From: a virus
Virus record (IMG/VR): IMGVR_UViG_3300041583_000385
Location: 1 to 64,000 of that record
Strand: one strand, 5' to 3'
Length of the DNA stretch: 64,000 nt
Part shown: positions 40,614 to 51,630 of the stretch, one piece after another
How the letters are laid out: the number at the start of each line of letters is the position of its first letter
Numbering within the stretch: position 1 is the first letter of the stretch
Made by a program: the position numbers and the translations under genes
The notes under the pieces: model-generated
What the model was told of the DNA's origin: nothing
The model's database searches: none
Seen by the model: the letters and a program-made list of their open reading frames with translations, nothing else

Positions 40614-41165
40614 ATGAAAATGAAAACAAGAGAAATACAAGACACAACAACAATGAAATGGTATACTATTAGAACACAATCTAATAGAGAGAAAAGCGTT
40701 TCTGAGAAAATAAAAAAAGAACCTGAATTGAAAAGTTCAGTTGGTGAAGTAATTGTTCCATTAGAACAAGTTTACAATCTTAAAAATGGTAAAAAGGTAG
40801 TAAGAGACAAAATAATGTTCCCTGGTTATATCTTTGTAGAGGCTAGTTCTATTGGTGAGTTGAAATATTTCCTAAGAGGGTGTGATGGAGCTACTGGATT
40901 CTTAACAGAGAGAGATGGTAGTATTAAACCTATGAAAGAAAAGGAAATTAATAGAATTATAGGTCAGCAAGAAGAACAAAAGGACCTTGATATCAGTGAT
41001 TTGTTTATTGTTGGGGAAGATATAACTATAACTGATGGTCCATTTGATACAATGGTTGGTACTATTGAGAGTATTAATGGTGATAAAGTTAAAGTTAACG
41101 TTTCTATTTTTGGTAGAAAAACTCCATTAGACCTTAGTATAATGCAAATAAATAAAAAGAACTAA
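40614..41165 (+). CDS. nusG: Transcription factor NusG
   Basis: KWYTIRTQSNRE, FPGYIFVE, KOW ITDGPF, VSIFGRKTP. Confidence 0.92.
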   Translation: MKMKTREIQDTTTMKWYTIRTQSNREKSVSEKIKKEPELKSSVGEVIVPLEQVYNLKNGKKVVRDKIMFPGYIFVEASSIGELKYFLRGCDGATGFLTERDGSIKPMKEKEINRIIGQQEEQKDLDISDLFIVGEDITITDGPFDTMVGTIESINGDKVKVNVSIFGRKTPLDLSIMQINKKN

Positions 41166-41171
41166 AACTTT

Positions 41172-41360
41172 TTGAATAAGGATTTAATAGATAAAATATT
41201 AGATGCTTCTAATAAAATACACAAAGCATCATTAAGAAGTCAGTCTAATTATATCATAACTAGTCAGGTTTTTAATGATGCTTTGAATAATATATTTAAT
41301 AAGAAATCTGATAGGATAAATAAAATCAATTACGATAGAATCATTTATCATAGATGTTAA
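41172..41360 (+). CDS. Mini-protein resembling a major-capsid-protein segment, followed by scrambled remnants to about 41700
   Basis: KILDASNKIHKASLRSQSNYIITS...DAL, then DRINKIN. Confidence 0.4.
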   Translation: MNKDLIDKILDASNKIHKASLRSQSNYIITSQVFNDALNNIFNKKSDRINKINYDRIIYHRC

Positions 41361-41699
41361 ATCAAGAGTACCATATACACAACAATTACAAATGGAATCC
41401 ATCATAAGAGATAATATAACTAACATTCGATCAAAGAATGATTTTATCCCTGACTCTATTAACGATAAACTAAATTCACTATGAAGAATGACTAGAGATA
41501 TAACCAAAGATCTATATAATACAATGATGGCTATGAATAGAATGAGAAAAATTAAAAATATATTTAATGAGAGCTAAGTGGGAATTAATGAAGGAATTAA
41601 TGAAGACTGGTGAACAGTATATTAGTACAGATTGGGCTATAAAAAATATATTAAATATATCAAAGTAAGAATTCAGAAAAGAGAAAATTAAAAGAATAT

Positions 41700-42122
41700 T
41701 TGATGGAGAGTAAAGAAGAAAGATACGAGAAAACATATTTAAGAATGGCTAGAGAATGGGCAAACCTCTCACATTGTACAAGGAAACAGGTAGGAGCTCT
41801 TATAGTTAAGAATGGTATGATTATATCAGATGGTTATAATGGAACACCCACAGGCTTCGATAATGCTTGTGAGATAGAAGATGGCACAACAAGTTGGAGT
41901 GTTATACATGGAGAAGCAAACGCTATCTTGAAATGTGCTAGACATGGACATTCTTGTGATGGTGCTACTTTATATCAAACACATTCACCTTGTAGAGAAT
42001 GTTCTAAATTAATATTACAATCAGGTATAAAAAAGGTAGTTTATATTGTGGAATATAAAGACACATCTGGTTTAGACTTTTTAATAGAAGCTGGAATAGA
42101 AATTAAGAGATATGATGTTTGA
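41700..42122 (+). CDS. dCMP deaminase
   Basis: VGALIVK, GYNG, HGEANA, SPCRECSK. Confidence 0.92.
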   Translation: MMESKEERYEKTYLRMAREWANLSHCTRKQVGALIVKNGMIISDGYNGTPTGFDNACEIEDGTTSWSVIHGEANAILKCARHGHSCDGATLYQTHSPCRECSKLILQSGIKKVVYIVEYKDTSGLDFLIEAGIEIKRYDV

Positions 42123-42609
42123 TGTATTTGTAAATGAAATTAAAGCTGTAAGTCCTAAGAGAGAACTATCCGTATTCCCAATATCTGAATATAATTTAGA
42201 AGCTATCAAATATTTAGTTGAAAATTGTGAAATGGGTAATAACGGACCAAATATTAATGTTAGGTTAGCAACCTTTAATACATCACTTTGGTTAGGTGAC
42301 TTTCTTGATAAATATTGGGATAAGATATCATATGTGTCAAAGTTACCAGCTTTTAATATCATTAAAGTTGAGGATGGTTCTATTGTTGTGAAGACTTATG
42401 AAACAAAATCTGATACATTTGATAATGAAGAAGAGTTAGATAAATTCTTTGAAGATGGTAAATGGAAGAAGTTTGTAATATACAAAGTGTCTAAGTTCGC
42501 AGATATATCTAAAATGACTAGTTTTTATACTATTAGGTATGCTGATATAACTGAAAAGTATGAAGTTAGAGATAAAAAAATAGAACATATCTTGGGTGAT
42601 ATTAAATAA
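42112..42609 (+). CDS. Hypothetical protein, C-terminal tag
   Basis: Ends VRDKKIEHILGDIK. Confidence 0.7.
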   Translation: MMFDVFVNEIKAVSPKRELSVFPISEYNLEAIKYLVENCEMGNNGPNINVRLATFNTSLWLGDFLDKYWDKISYVSKLPAFNIIKVEDGSIVVKTYETKSDTFDNEEELDKFFEDGKWKKFVIYKVSKFADISKMTSFYTIRYADITEKYEVRDKKIEHILGDIK

Positions 42610-43513
42610 ATTCCTTTCTATATTTAATAACAGCTAAATCTTTAGCCTTTGCCTCAATCTCCGTATCAAAATCAAGACCATAAGTTTTAATTTCCTCATA
42701 GATATAATCAGCATGCGCTGTTTTTCTACTAGTTTTATCTTCTAATGTTTTTGATGAACTCATATGTGTTAATACTCTTGTTTTCCAAGTAGAGTGTGCT
42801 AGTTTTATAGATTCTTCCATACTTTGATCCTGTGGACCAAATAGGAAGTGATGTTGGTCAAAAACAATTGGAATACCTATTTTGTCATATAACCACTCAT
42901 GTAACATCTTAACAGAGTATTGGTTCGGTGAATCATCATTCTCAATAGTTAATCTCTTTTTACAAGATTCACTCAATTCACTAAATCTATCTACAAATCT
43001 TTGAGCAGCTTCTTCTCTAGTTGGTTTTGTTGTATTGATATGTATATTTATCGGATAAAATGTCGATTGATCTAATCCCATTAAATCCATTATCTCAGCG
43101 TGTTTATTTAATTCTTTTATAGTTTTCAAAACCACTGATTCGTTCTCAGATGCTAATACATTAAAGGGGCCTGGGTGGTATGAAACTCTAATATTATTAG
43201 ATTTAACCTTATCACCAATTTCTAATAATAAGGATTGTATTTTGTTAAAATTTGGTAGATCTTCAAATTCATATTCAGACATCCATGGAAATGAATCACT
43301 AGACATTCTATAAATATAGATATCTTGGCTTAGATTATAATCTAAAACTTTCAAAGTATCTTTTAGATTATCTATTACCAACTCAGAGACATATGTTATA
43401 CCTTTTGATATAAAGGTTTTCTTTATCATTCCCCTATTAACCTTAATATGGTCTTTTGGTCTTTTATTTATATTACACCCCATTGAGATGCAGCAATATC
43501 CTATATTATTCAT
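42602..43513 (-). CDS. uvsE: UV damage endonuclease UvsE
   Basis: IGYCCI, YRMSSD, SYHPG, INIH, IENDD, VFDQHH, HADYI, EAKAKD. Confidence 0.9.
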   Translation of the reverse strand: MNNIGYCCISMGCNINKRPKDHIKVNRGMIKKTFISKGITYVSELVIDNLKDTLKVLDYNLSQDIYIYRMSSDSFPWMSEYEFEDLPNFNKIQSLLLEIGDKVKSNNIRVSYHPGPFNVLASENESVVLKTIKELNKHAEIMDLMGLDQSTFYPINIHINTTKPTREEAAQRFVDRFSELSESCKKRLTIENDDSPNQYSVKMLHEWLYDKIGIPIVFDQHHFLFGPQDQSMEESIKLAHSTWKTRVLTHMSSSKTLEDKTSRKTAHADYIYEEIKTYGLDFDTEIEAKAKDLAVIKYRKEFI

Positions 43514-43584
43514 TATACAAATATACAAATTTAATATTTATATCACAAATTATAAAAGGTTATGATATTTTAATATATATGTTT

Positions 43585-44151
43585 ATGATAGTTAGAAAAT
43601 ATTTAGATTTTATAAAAGAAGAGTTTCAAGAAACTCCAGAGAGTTATATATCAACCGCATTAACAGCAATCAAACAAAAGATTGATAAAATGTTTGATTT
43701 CCAAGAAGGTGATTTAGATAATCCACCAGAAGCAGAAGAAGACCCAACAAAGATTAAAAAACTATCAACAAAGGATAGTAATAAAATGAGCTTTGAAGAT
43801 TTGGGTGTTACTTTAGAGAGTTCTGAGATTTCAAAATATTCTAAAATGTATGACTCATTAACTGTAAAATATACGGATGATGAAAATACATATACTTTAA
43901 TTCTTATGATAGATATTAAAGAAGCTATTCCTAAAGATCCAGAAGAAAATTTCGACAGTGATGATATAGAAAAGTGTTATATTAAATTCAAAAAATATAG
44001 CTTAGATAATCTTACTGAAATAATTGGACAAATTAGTAAAAATATCGATATAAAAGATATCGATGAAGAATTCCTAATCGATCTAAAAATAGAACTTGAT
44101 GATAAATTTGGTGGTGATAACGATGAATTCGAAATCGAAACCAACAAATAA
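43585..44151 (+). CDS. Acidic protein with CTS-like N-terminus
   Basis: MIVRKYLDFIKEE after TAATATATA. Confidence 0.65.
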   Translation: MIVRKYLDFIKEEFQETPESYISTALTAIKQKIDKMFDFQEGDLDNPPEAEEDPTKIKKLSTKDSNKMSFEDLGVTLESSEISKYSKMYDSLTVKYTDDENTYTLILMIDIKEAIPKDPEENFDSDDIEKCYIKFKKYSLDNLTEIIGQISKNIDIKDIDEEFLIDLKIELDDKFGGDNDEFEIETNK

Positions 44152-44160
44152 TTAATCATC

Positions 44161-45036
44161 TTGAAATACTTAAAGAAATATAAAATATTTGAATCTAGTG
44201 GTTATTTGGATCACTACCTAAGTAAGTTGGGTGCTACTAAAGATGATATAAGAGATATATTTTCAGAAGTTATTGATCAGGGTTATGAATTAAAATTAAA
44301 AGTACTTTATCAAGATTCCAATGGGAGAATAAGAATTAAAAAATCAACAGCAAGTGAGAATCCCATACTTAAAATCTCTTTATCATCTGATAAAGTATCA
44401 TATGTTGGTGGAAGTGTCAAATTTGATAGCATAACATATATAGAAACAATATACCACTCATTATCCAGGTTTATAAACACATATGGGTCTAATATTAAAA
44501 AGATAACTTATGAGTTAGATAATAAAGCTGAAATAACTGTAAATTGTATTTTTGAAACTGAAACTGATGAGTCTAAATTAAAAATATCAAAGAATGATAT
44601 TTTTAATTGTGTTAGAAAGGCTTTGTCTAATAAATTACCGGATGGTTATAATGATTCTATATCTTTTAAAGATTTTCAAGGCACTCACGGGATTATTAAA
44701 ATGTCAGATTTATATAAACTAGAGAAATACAAGGAATTAAGAGAAATTCTGAGAAATTCTGAGGAGAAATACATAAATAATTATAAAGAGATAGAATCAT
44801 TATGTTCTGTATTAAGGGATGAAATAGCTATTGAACTATCATTAAAAAGTGGTGGTGATATTAGATTTATTAAAAAGGATAGAACAGAAGGAGCCCTTTA
44901 TGTATTTATTGATAATGTTGAATCATATAGACTTGGTAATTTATCATGTTATGATAATGATTCTAGGAGATATTCTGAGAGAATTAAAACAGGATTTTTA
45001 TCAAAAAAGAATATAGAGGTTGAATTATTCTATTAG
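44161..45036 (+). CDS. CTS-type putative internal head protein
   Basis: MKYLKKYKIFES; IRDIFSEVIDQG. Confidence 0.7.
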   Translation: MKYLKKYKIFESSGYLDHYLSKLGATKDDIRDIFSEVIDQGYELKLKVLYQDSNGRIRIKKSTASENPILKISLSSDKVSYVGGSVKFDSITYIETIYHSLSRFINTYGSNIKKITYELDNKAEITVNCIFETETDESKLKISKNDIFNCVRKALSNKLPDGYNDSISFKDFQGTHGIIKMSDLYKLEKYKELREILRNSEEKYINNYKEIESLCSVLRDEIAIELSLKSGGDIRFIKKDRTEGALYVFIDNVESYRLGNLSCYDNDSRRYSERIKTGFLSKKNIEVELFY

Positions 45037-45088
45037 AATATCCGTAACACTAGATTAAAGGAAGCACATTCTATTTAATAAATAATCT

Positions 45089-45607
45089 ATGGGATTAAAT
45101 ATTGTTGCATCATATCAAACTATTACAGAATTTAAAAGATCTAGGTATTTTAAGATAAATCTTGGATTAGTTGCTACTGTTGAGAAAAATGGTAAAAGAA
45201 CTTTTAATCCTGATGATAAATTCAGTTACTATTATTATAGCCAATATAAAGCAACTATATATGGACAGGGTAATGTTGGTGATATAAAATTTTACGCAGA
45301 TCACTTCATAAAAGATAATACATTCGCTGTTTATTATGGTGATACATTCGAAGAATTTCTATTTAATTTTGATAGGGTAATGGTTAGTAAAAATAATATA
45401 GATTTTTATTTAGGTCACATATTAAAGAGTGTTGAGGAACAATATGAAGAAAGGGTTAAAAATAAAGAACTTAAAAAACTTGAAGTTCAACCGGAAGGTA
45501 ATGCTGAGAATATTCTTAAAAACCCAGGTAATGTTAATTACGCTGATTTGAAGGCATATTTAAAAACAAAACAAAATAGTAGATACAAAAATAATAACAG
45601 TTTATGA
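45089..45607 (+). CDS. Hypothetical protein, possible capsid A-domain derivative
   Basis: NIVAS ... IYGQGNVGDIKFYADHF..FAVYY resembles the gp23 G.L.G.IKVY.D motif. Confidence 0.5.
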   Translation: MGLNIVASYQTITEFKRSRYFKINLGLVATVEKNGKRTFNPDDKFSYYYYSQYKATIYGQGNVGDIKFYADHFIKDNTFAVYYGDTFEEFLFNFDRVMVSKNNIDFYLGHILKSVEEQYEERVKNKELKKLEVQPEGNAENILKNPGNVNYADLKAYLKTKQNSRYKNNNSL

Positions 45608-46635
45608 AACTTAAAAGAATTATAATGCTTAGAATGTCTGGTGATGATGTTCGTTGGATGCAAACTAAGTTAAAGGAATATGGATACCATAAAGGTAAGA
45701 TTGATGGATTTTTTGGACAAAATACATTAATCTCTGTTACTAATTATCAAAGATCTATTGGTATTAAAGCTGATGGTGTTGTTGGTCCACAAACTTGGAG
45801 TCAGATAACAAACCATTTAGAAAACAAAAAGCAAAAAGAGTCGGATGGTATTGAAGTTGATGTTGTGTTAACACCAATCCCTAGAAATGAAGATATCCCA
45901 TTTAAGATATCATATATCGGTGATGATTCATTAAAAATATATGATTGTTTTTTAGAAGATGATGAATATTATAAAACAGAGACACAAAAAGATACTATTT
46001 GGTTACATCATACTGCTGGTGGTTCTAGACCAGATTGGACAATTGGTGGATGGGAAAGAGATTATCAAAAAGATAAAAAAGGAAACCCAGTTTTAGATAA
46101 AGATGGTAACCAAAAATCATTAAGGGTTGGTACTCAATTTGTAATAGGTAGAAGTTCTTCGTCTAAGAAAGATGTATTGTGGGATGGAAAGGTTCTAAGA
46201 GCTTTTGATGATAGATATTGGGCTTATCACTTAGGTATATCAGGAAGTAAAAGTAAAGCGTTAAACTCAAAGTCTATTGGTATAGAGATATGTAATTATG
46301 GGCCATTGACATTAGGTAGAGACGGTAGATATTATAACTATGTTAACCGCCCTGTTAATGATGAAGATGTTGTTGAACTAGATAAGCCATTTAGAGGATA
46401 CAAACACTATGAAAGATATACAGACACTCAGATAGAAACTGTAAGAAAGCTTATACTATATTTGAAGAATAGATGGGATATACAGATAGAAAGTGGTATT
46501 TATGATGAAGAATGGTTTGAGTATAATGATAAATGGTTCTCAAATGGTGGAATAAGAAGTCATACACAAGTAAGAACAGGTAAGTTTGATATATTCCCAC
46601 AGAAGGAGATGATAGAAATGTTAAATAGTTTATGA
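45604..46635 (+). CDS. Endolysin: PG-binding domain + Amidase_2
   Basis: GDDVRWMQ..DGFFG..T..YQ...DGVVGPQTW; LHHTAG, SIGIEI, HTQVR.GK.D. Confidence 0.88.
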   Translation: MKLKRIIMLRMSGDDVRWMQTKLKEYGYHKGKIDGFFGQNTLISVTNYQRSIGIKADGVVGPQTWSQITNHLENKKQKESDGIEVDVVLTPIPRNEDIPFKISYIGDDSLKIYDCFLEDDEYYKTETQKDTIWLHHTAGGSRPDWTIGGWERDYQKDKKGNPVLDKDGNQKSLRVGTQFVIGRSSSSKKDVLWDGKVLRAFDDRYWAYHLGISGSKSKALNSKSIGIEICNYGPLTLGRDGRYYNYVNRPVNDEDVVELDKPFRGYKHYERYTDTQIETVRKLILYLKNRWDIQIESGIYDEEWFEYNDKWFSNGGIRSHTQVRTGKFDIFPQKEMIEMLNSL

Positions 46636-46847
46636 AATATATAAAATTATACGAAAGTTACGATCACAAAGAAACAAAATATGGTTATATGACCTTATAA
46701 ATATGATGATAGGTCAAATTTCATTGAAATTGAATCTATGGGTAATGAGTGGATAGATAAGATATATACTATTGTATCAGAAAATGATGGTTCTTATAAA
46801 GGGTGGGATGATAAAATGACGATGATGCTTTATCTATATCACCAATG
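46632..46847 (+). pseudogene. Disrupted CTS-type gene
   Basis: MKYIKLYESY... with early stop, and continuation in another frame. Confidence 0.45.
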
Positions 46848-46855
46848 AAATTTTA

Positions 46856-47113
46856 TTAATTATAAATTATAGCTAGTATCTTATATAATTGTAATTGACT
46901 TTCTTCATCTATTTCGTCAAAATCAACAACGATATCTAAATCATCTTGGAAAATATGCAAGAAAACCTTATTAGATTCGACATCCCATTCAACTGAATTA
47001 AACTCACCCATTGGTAGACTTATATCCATCAAAAGTTCATTTAGTCCAAATCCCAATAGTTTAATTAAGTTAATTATTTTATTCCTCATCACCTTACATA
47101 AAATTTTCTTCAC
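46856..47113 (-). CDS. Hypothetical protein
   Basis: 85 aa, TATATA upstream. Confidence 0.5.
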   Translation of the reverse strand: MKKILCKVMRNKIINLIKLLGFGLNELLMDISLPMGEFNSVEWDVESNKVFLHIFQDDLDIVVDFDEIDEESQLQLYKILAIIYN

Positions 47114-47195
47114 TATCTATATATTAAATTTCAATATATTAAGTTTTGAATTTTATTTTTTAATATATAATACCAACAAAATAAAGTATTAGAAA

Positions 47196-48473
47196 ATGGG
47201 TTTATTAAAATATAATGATTATATAACAGAAAAGGTAGCTTATAAGCTATTACTTGAATCTAAAGTTGTTTTTTCTAAGAAGTTTGTTAATTTATTAACT
47301 AAGATGAAGACAAATAAAGTAGCATCTAATTTGTTGGGTATTTATTCTAAGGATATTGATGTATCACATAATTACATTGACACTACTGATGCTAAAGACG
47401 CTGTATCATTTACACCAGATAGAAAAGCTCAAGAATTGTTAAAGGATAGACCACAATTATGGGAAGTTAGAGACACACAAAGATATTTAACACATGCAAA
47501 TGGTAATAGTAAATTATTTGACGCACTTGGTTATGAAAAACCAGATGGAGACCCTTGGGTGCCTGGTGAGGGAACAATTGGTTATATTTTAGGAGAAACT
47601 ATTAGTGAGAAATCAGGTAAAATATATGTTATTTTTGAAGAAGAAGGAGACTCAAGAAAAACAGTTCTTAATAAAGAAGCATTAGAAGCAAGTGAATCAT
47701 CAGAAAATTCTAAAATTTGGTCAACATCAAGAAATAGTATTAAAGTAGGTAGATTAGTTAGAGCTATATTAAAAGCATCTAAATTAGAATTTACCGATAA
47801 AGATATAGAAGAATTCACAAATACATATAAAGCAACCTTTGATTTTGAACAAGACGTACTTAAACAATTTGATATAGTTTCTGGTAAAGATATATCACGT
47901 TGGTATGATAATAGTGATGAAGAAACTTATGTAGATGGTGGTGGTGTATTAAACAACTCTTGTATGTCACACTCACCTAGTGAGTACTTTGATATGTATT
48001 GTAACAACACTAAGGAAATTCAAATGGTTATTTTATATGGTGATGATGGTGAGATTAAAGATGGTAAATTTGTATCAGATCAGATAAAGGGTAGAGCGCT
48101 ATTATGGAAAGCTAATATTGGTGGATCTGACGGTACATTTATGGATAGAATCTACACAACTAATGATAGTGATGTTGAATTATTCAAACAATATGCTGAG
48201 AAGAATAATTGGTGGTATAAGAAATCACAAACTATGGAACCTGGTGAAAATATCACAAATGGATCAGGATCCAAAAGTGCAACAATAACAGTTAAACTAA
48301 CAGGTAGTGGTGGGACTTGGGATAGATACCCATATATGGATACAATGTGTTACTTAAATCAAGATGGTGATATATTAACTAATAATGATGAAGGAGATTT
48401 AGAGATAAACAGAACATTCAGAGATACCGATGGAGGGTATATGGATTCTGATGGTGATTATCAATATGATTAA
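47196..48473 (+). CDS. Conserved phage protein with CTS-like N-terminus
   Basis: MGLLKYNDYITE; SCM, GRALLW, FMDRIY, YPYMDT motifs. Confidence 0.7.
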   Translation: MGLLKYNDYITEKVAYKLLLESKVVFSKKFVNLLTKMKTNKVASNLLGIYSKDIDVSHNYIDTTDAKDAVSFTPDRKAQELLKDRPQLWEVRDTQRYLTHANGNSKLFDALGYEKPDGDPWVPGEGTIGYILGETISEKSGKIYVIFEEEGDSRKTVLNKEALEASESSENSKIWSTSRNSIKVGRLVRAILKASKLEFTDKDIEEFTNTYKATFDFEQDVLKQFDIVSGKDISRWYDNSDEETYVDGGGVLNNSCMSHSPSEYFDMYCNNTKEIQMVILYGDDGEIKDGKFVSDQIKGRALLWKANIGGSDGTFMDRIYTTNDSDVELFKQYAEKNNWWYKKSQTMEPGENITNGSGSKSATITVKLTGSGGTWDRYPYMDTMCYLNQDGDILTNNDEGDLEINRTFRDTDGGYMDSDGDYQYD

Positions 48474-48480
48474 TATAAAT

Positions 48481-48513
48481 AAAAAAACCCAGTCAAAATT
48501 GACTGGGTTTTTT
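48481..48513. terminator. Bidirectional intrinsic terminator
   Basis: aaaaaaacccagtcaa-aa-ttgactgggttttttt between convergent genes. Confidence 0.85.
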
Positions 48514-48517
48514 TATT

Positions 48518-50398
48518 TTAATCTACTTCTTCAAATGGAGTATCCTCTACTTCACCCTCATCAGTTGATTCACCTGATTCCTCAGATTCTTGTGTTTGTT
48601 GATATAGTCTAGTGCTAATTGCTGACCAAGTTTCATTCAATTTCTCAGATGATTCATCTATCTTTTCAATGTCTTGTTCAGAATGTGCAGTTCTCAACTC
48701 ACCAAGGTCAGAATTAAGAGAAGACATATCATCTTCTGTTAATTTCTCAGAAAACTCTTTAATTTGTTTCTCTGTTTGGAAGATTAAATTATCCGCCATA
48801 TTAACCTTATCAACTTTTTCTCTTTCAAGTTTATCTGATTCAGCATTAACCTCAGCCTCAGATTTCATTCTTTCAATTTCCTCCTTAGATAATTGTGAAC
48901 CACCTTCAATTCGAATTTTATTCTCTTTACCAGTAGCTTTATCTTTAGCAGAAACAGAAAGTATACCATTAGCATCAATGTCTAATGTAACTTCAACTTG
49001 AGGAATACCTCTTGGAGATGGCATGATACCATCTAAATGGAATCTACCTAAGTCACGATTATCCTTTGCCATTGGTCTCTCACCTTGTAAAACATGTATC
49101 TCAACTGATGGTTGGTTATCTGATGCTGTTGAAAACGTTTCCGACTTTCTTGTAGGAATTGTTGTATTAGCTTCAATTAACTTAGTCATTACTGAACCCA
49201 TTGTTTCGATACCAAGTGAAAGTGGTGTAACATCAAGAAGTAATACATCAGTAATACCTCCTGATAAAACAGCTCCTTGAATAGCCGCCCCAAGAGCAAC
49301 AACTTCATCTGGATTAACAGATTTGTTAGGTGCTTTACCAATAAAAGCTTCAATAGCTTTTTGAATAGCCGGGATTCTTGTAGAACCACCAACTAAAATA
49401 ACTTCATCAATATCAACCGGTTTAAGACCAGCATTTTTAAGAGCACTTTTCGCACAAGTGATAGTTCTATCTACTAACTTAGAAGTCATTTGCTCAAACT
49501 TAGCACTTGATAATTTCTTAACAAAGTGTAAAGGAGTTCCATCTTTAGCTGTAATATAAGGTAAGTTAATTTCAGTTTGTGTTGATGTTGATAATTCAAT
49601 TTTTGCTTTCTCTGCTGCTTCTTTTAATCTTTGAAGAGCCATAGGATCTTTTGATAAATCCATACCACTATCTGATTTGAATTCATCTATCATCCAATCA
49701 ATAATCGTATTATCAAAATCATCACCACCTAAGTGTGTATCACCATCAGTAGATTTAACTTCAAAAACACCATCACCAATTTCTAAAACTGAAACATCAT
49801 GTGTACCACCACCACAATCAAATACAAGTATTTTAGAATCTGTATTCTTCTTATCTAACCCGTAAGCTAAAGCCGCGGCAGTTGGTTCATTTATAATTCT
49901 TTCAACTTTTAGTCCAGCAATTTCACCAGCTTCAATAGTTGCTGTTCTTTCAGCATCACCGAAATAAGCTGGTACAGTTATAACTGCTCTTTCAACATCA
50001 TGTCCTAAAAATTCCTCAGCCGTCTTCTTCATTTTTTGAAGAATCATTGCTGAAATTTCTTGTGGTGTATAGACTCTATCATCTATTTGGACACCAGGTA
50101 CATTTTTACCAGTCTTCACTAACTTATAAGGTACTTTTGATACTTCACCTTTACAAGCAGAAAAATCTTTACCTATGAAACGTTTAATTGAATAAATCGT
50201 TTTTTCTGGATTAGTAACCGCTTGTCTTTTGGCTGGATCTCCCACCTTTCTATCATTATCTGTAAATCCAACAACAGATGGTGTTGTTCTTTTTCCTTCC
50301 GAATTAGTAATTACAATAGGCTCTCCACCTTGAACGACTGCAACGCATGAATTTGTGGTTCCCAAATCAATCGCGATAATTGTATTTTCTTTACTCAT
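48518..50398 (-). CDS. dnaK: Molecular chaperone DnaK
   Basis: [48 protein letters not shown]. Confidence 0.97.
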   Translation of the reverse strand: MSKENTIIAIDLGTTNSCVAVVQGGEPIVITNSEGKRTTPSVVGFTDNDRKVGDPAKRQAVTNPEKTIYSIKRFIGKDFSACKGEVSKVPYKLVKTGKNVPGVQIDDRVYTPQEISAMILQKMKKTAEEFLGHDVERAVITVPAYFGDAERTATIEAGEIAGLKVERIINEPTAAALAYGLDKKNTDSKILVFDCGGGTHDVSVLEIGDGVFEVKSTDGDTHLGGDDFDNTIIDWMIDEFKSDSGMDLSKDPMALQRLKEAAEKAKIELSTSTQTEINLPYITAKDGTPLHFVKKLSSAKFEQMTSKLVDRTITCAKSALKNAGLKPVDIDEVILVGGSTRIPAIQKAIEAFIGKAPNKSVNPDEVVALGAAIQGAVLSGGITDVLLLDVTPLSLGIETMGSVMTKLIEANTTIPTRKSETFSTASDNQPSVEIHVLQGERPMAKDNRDLGRFHLDGIMPSPRGIPQVEVTLDIDANGILSVSAKDKATGKENKIRIEGGSQLSKEEIERMKSEAEVNAESDKLEREKVDKVNMADNLIFQTEKQIKEFSEKLTEDDMSSLNSDLGELRTAHSEQDIEKIDESSEKLNETWSAISTRLYQQTQESEESGESTDEGEVEDTPFEEVD

Positions 50399-50587
50399 AT
50401 ATTATAATTTTAATTTTAATTTATTTCTATTTTGTACAAATACCATACCAAAGTTATTTTTACCATATATGTCAATGTTGATAACCTAGTATTTGAAATT
50501 ATATAAAAAATAGAATAAAAAGTTTATTTATTGGGATAGATTTAGGAACGACACTAAATTTTATATATAATAAAAACATCAAGAATA

Positions 50588-51421
50588 ATGAGATATATTT
50601 ATACACTTAGTGATCCCGTTACAAAAGAAATAAGATATGTTGGCCAAACCAATGATATAAAAAGAAGATTTAATAGTCACATATCATCATCCATGAACAA
50701 GAATTCTGATTGTTATGATACATATAAGTCAAGGTGGGTAAGAAAATTAATAGGAAATAACCTATTACCCATTATCGACATAATAGATAAGTGTGAGACA
50801 TTGAAGGAATCCAATAAAATGGAAAGTTTACATATTGGAAAATTAACAGAGGAAGGAGTTAAGTTGACAAATTCATATGTTGGTGATGTTACTGAGTTTT
50901 CAATAGAGACAAGGAAAAAAATGTCAGATGCTAAGAAAGGTAAAACATTGGAAGAAATAGTTGGTAAGGAAAAATCAATAGAATTAAGAGAATATTATTC
51001 AGAAAGACTAAAAATTAATAACCCAAATAAAAGTGATGATACATTAGTTCGTGAAAAGATAAGTAATACACTTAAAGAATACTTCTCTGATAAGGAAAAC
51101 CATTGGGCATATGGTTTAAAAATGAGTGATGATCACAATGAGAAGTTAAGACAGTCAAAATTAGGCAATCCAAAAAACGTTGGTAATAGGAAGCCGAGAA
51201 CAGAAGAACAAAAAGAAAAAATAAGAAATGGTATAAAGGGTACTAAAATAAAAAGATTTTTAATTTTACAATATGATTTAGAAATGAATTTCATAAAAGA
51301 GTGGAAGAGTTTAAGGGAGATACAGAGATATGATAACACTTTTAATAGGAAAGGAATTGCTGATAACTGCAAGGGTCTTAAAGGTAGTTACGCTAATTTC
51401 ATATGGGTATATAAAGATTAA
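50588..51421 (+). CDS. GIY-YIG homing endonuclease with NUMOD-type tail
   Basis: YIYTL...RYVGQT...R..H, SIETRKKMS, QYDLE..FIKEW. Confidence 0.85.
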   Translation: MRYIYTLSDPVTKEIRYVGQTNDIKRRFNSHISSSMNKNSDCYDTYKSRWVRKLIGNNLLPIIDIIDKCETLKESNKMESLHIGKLTEEGVKLTNSYVGDVTEFSIETRKKMSDAKKGKTLEEIVGKEKSIELREYYSERLKINNPNKSDDTLVREKISNTLKEYFSDKENHWAYGLKMSDDHNEKLRQSKLGNPKNVGNRKPRTEEQKEKIRNGIKGTKIKRFLILQYDLEMNFIKEWKSLREIQRYDNTFNRKGIADNCKGLKGSYANFIWVYKD

Positions 51422-51630
51422 TTTGATGTGTTTGATACGATATCGATAGGTGATGTACCACTACCAACTGACATAGGGCCAGGAATTGGTGAACTAGCAA
51501 TAGACATAAACTTAGTTGGTTTATTATTAGACTTTCTAAAATCTAAGAATTTTTTAACCCTTCTACGTTTCTTTTTCTTTCTATCCTCTAATTTCTTTAG
51601 ATATTTTTCTTTATTAAGAATTCTAGACAT
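51418..51630 (-). CDS. Small basic protein
   Basis: 70 aa, K/R-rich, translationally coupled. Confidence 0.5.
   Translation of the reverse strand: MSRILNKEKYLKKLEDRKKKKRRRVKKFLDFRKSNNKPTKFMSIASSPIPGPMSVGSGTSPIDIVSNTSN

Noticed and set aside
48612-49865. Antisense ORFs within dnaK (and similar ones inside cca, topoisomerase, SSB)
   Set aside because: Shadow ORFs from codon bias of strongly conserved genes on the other strand
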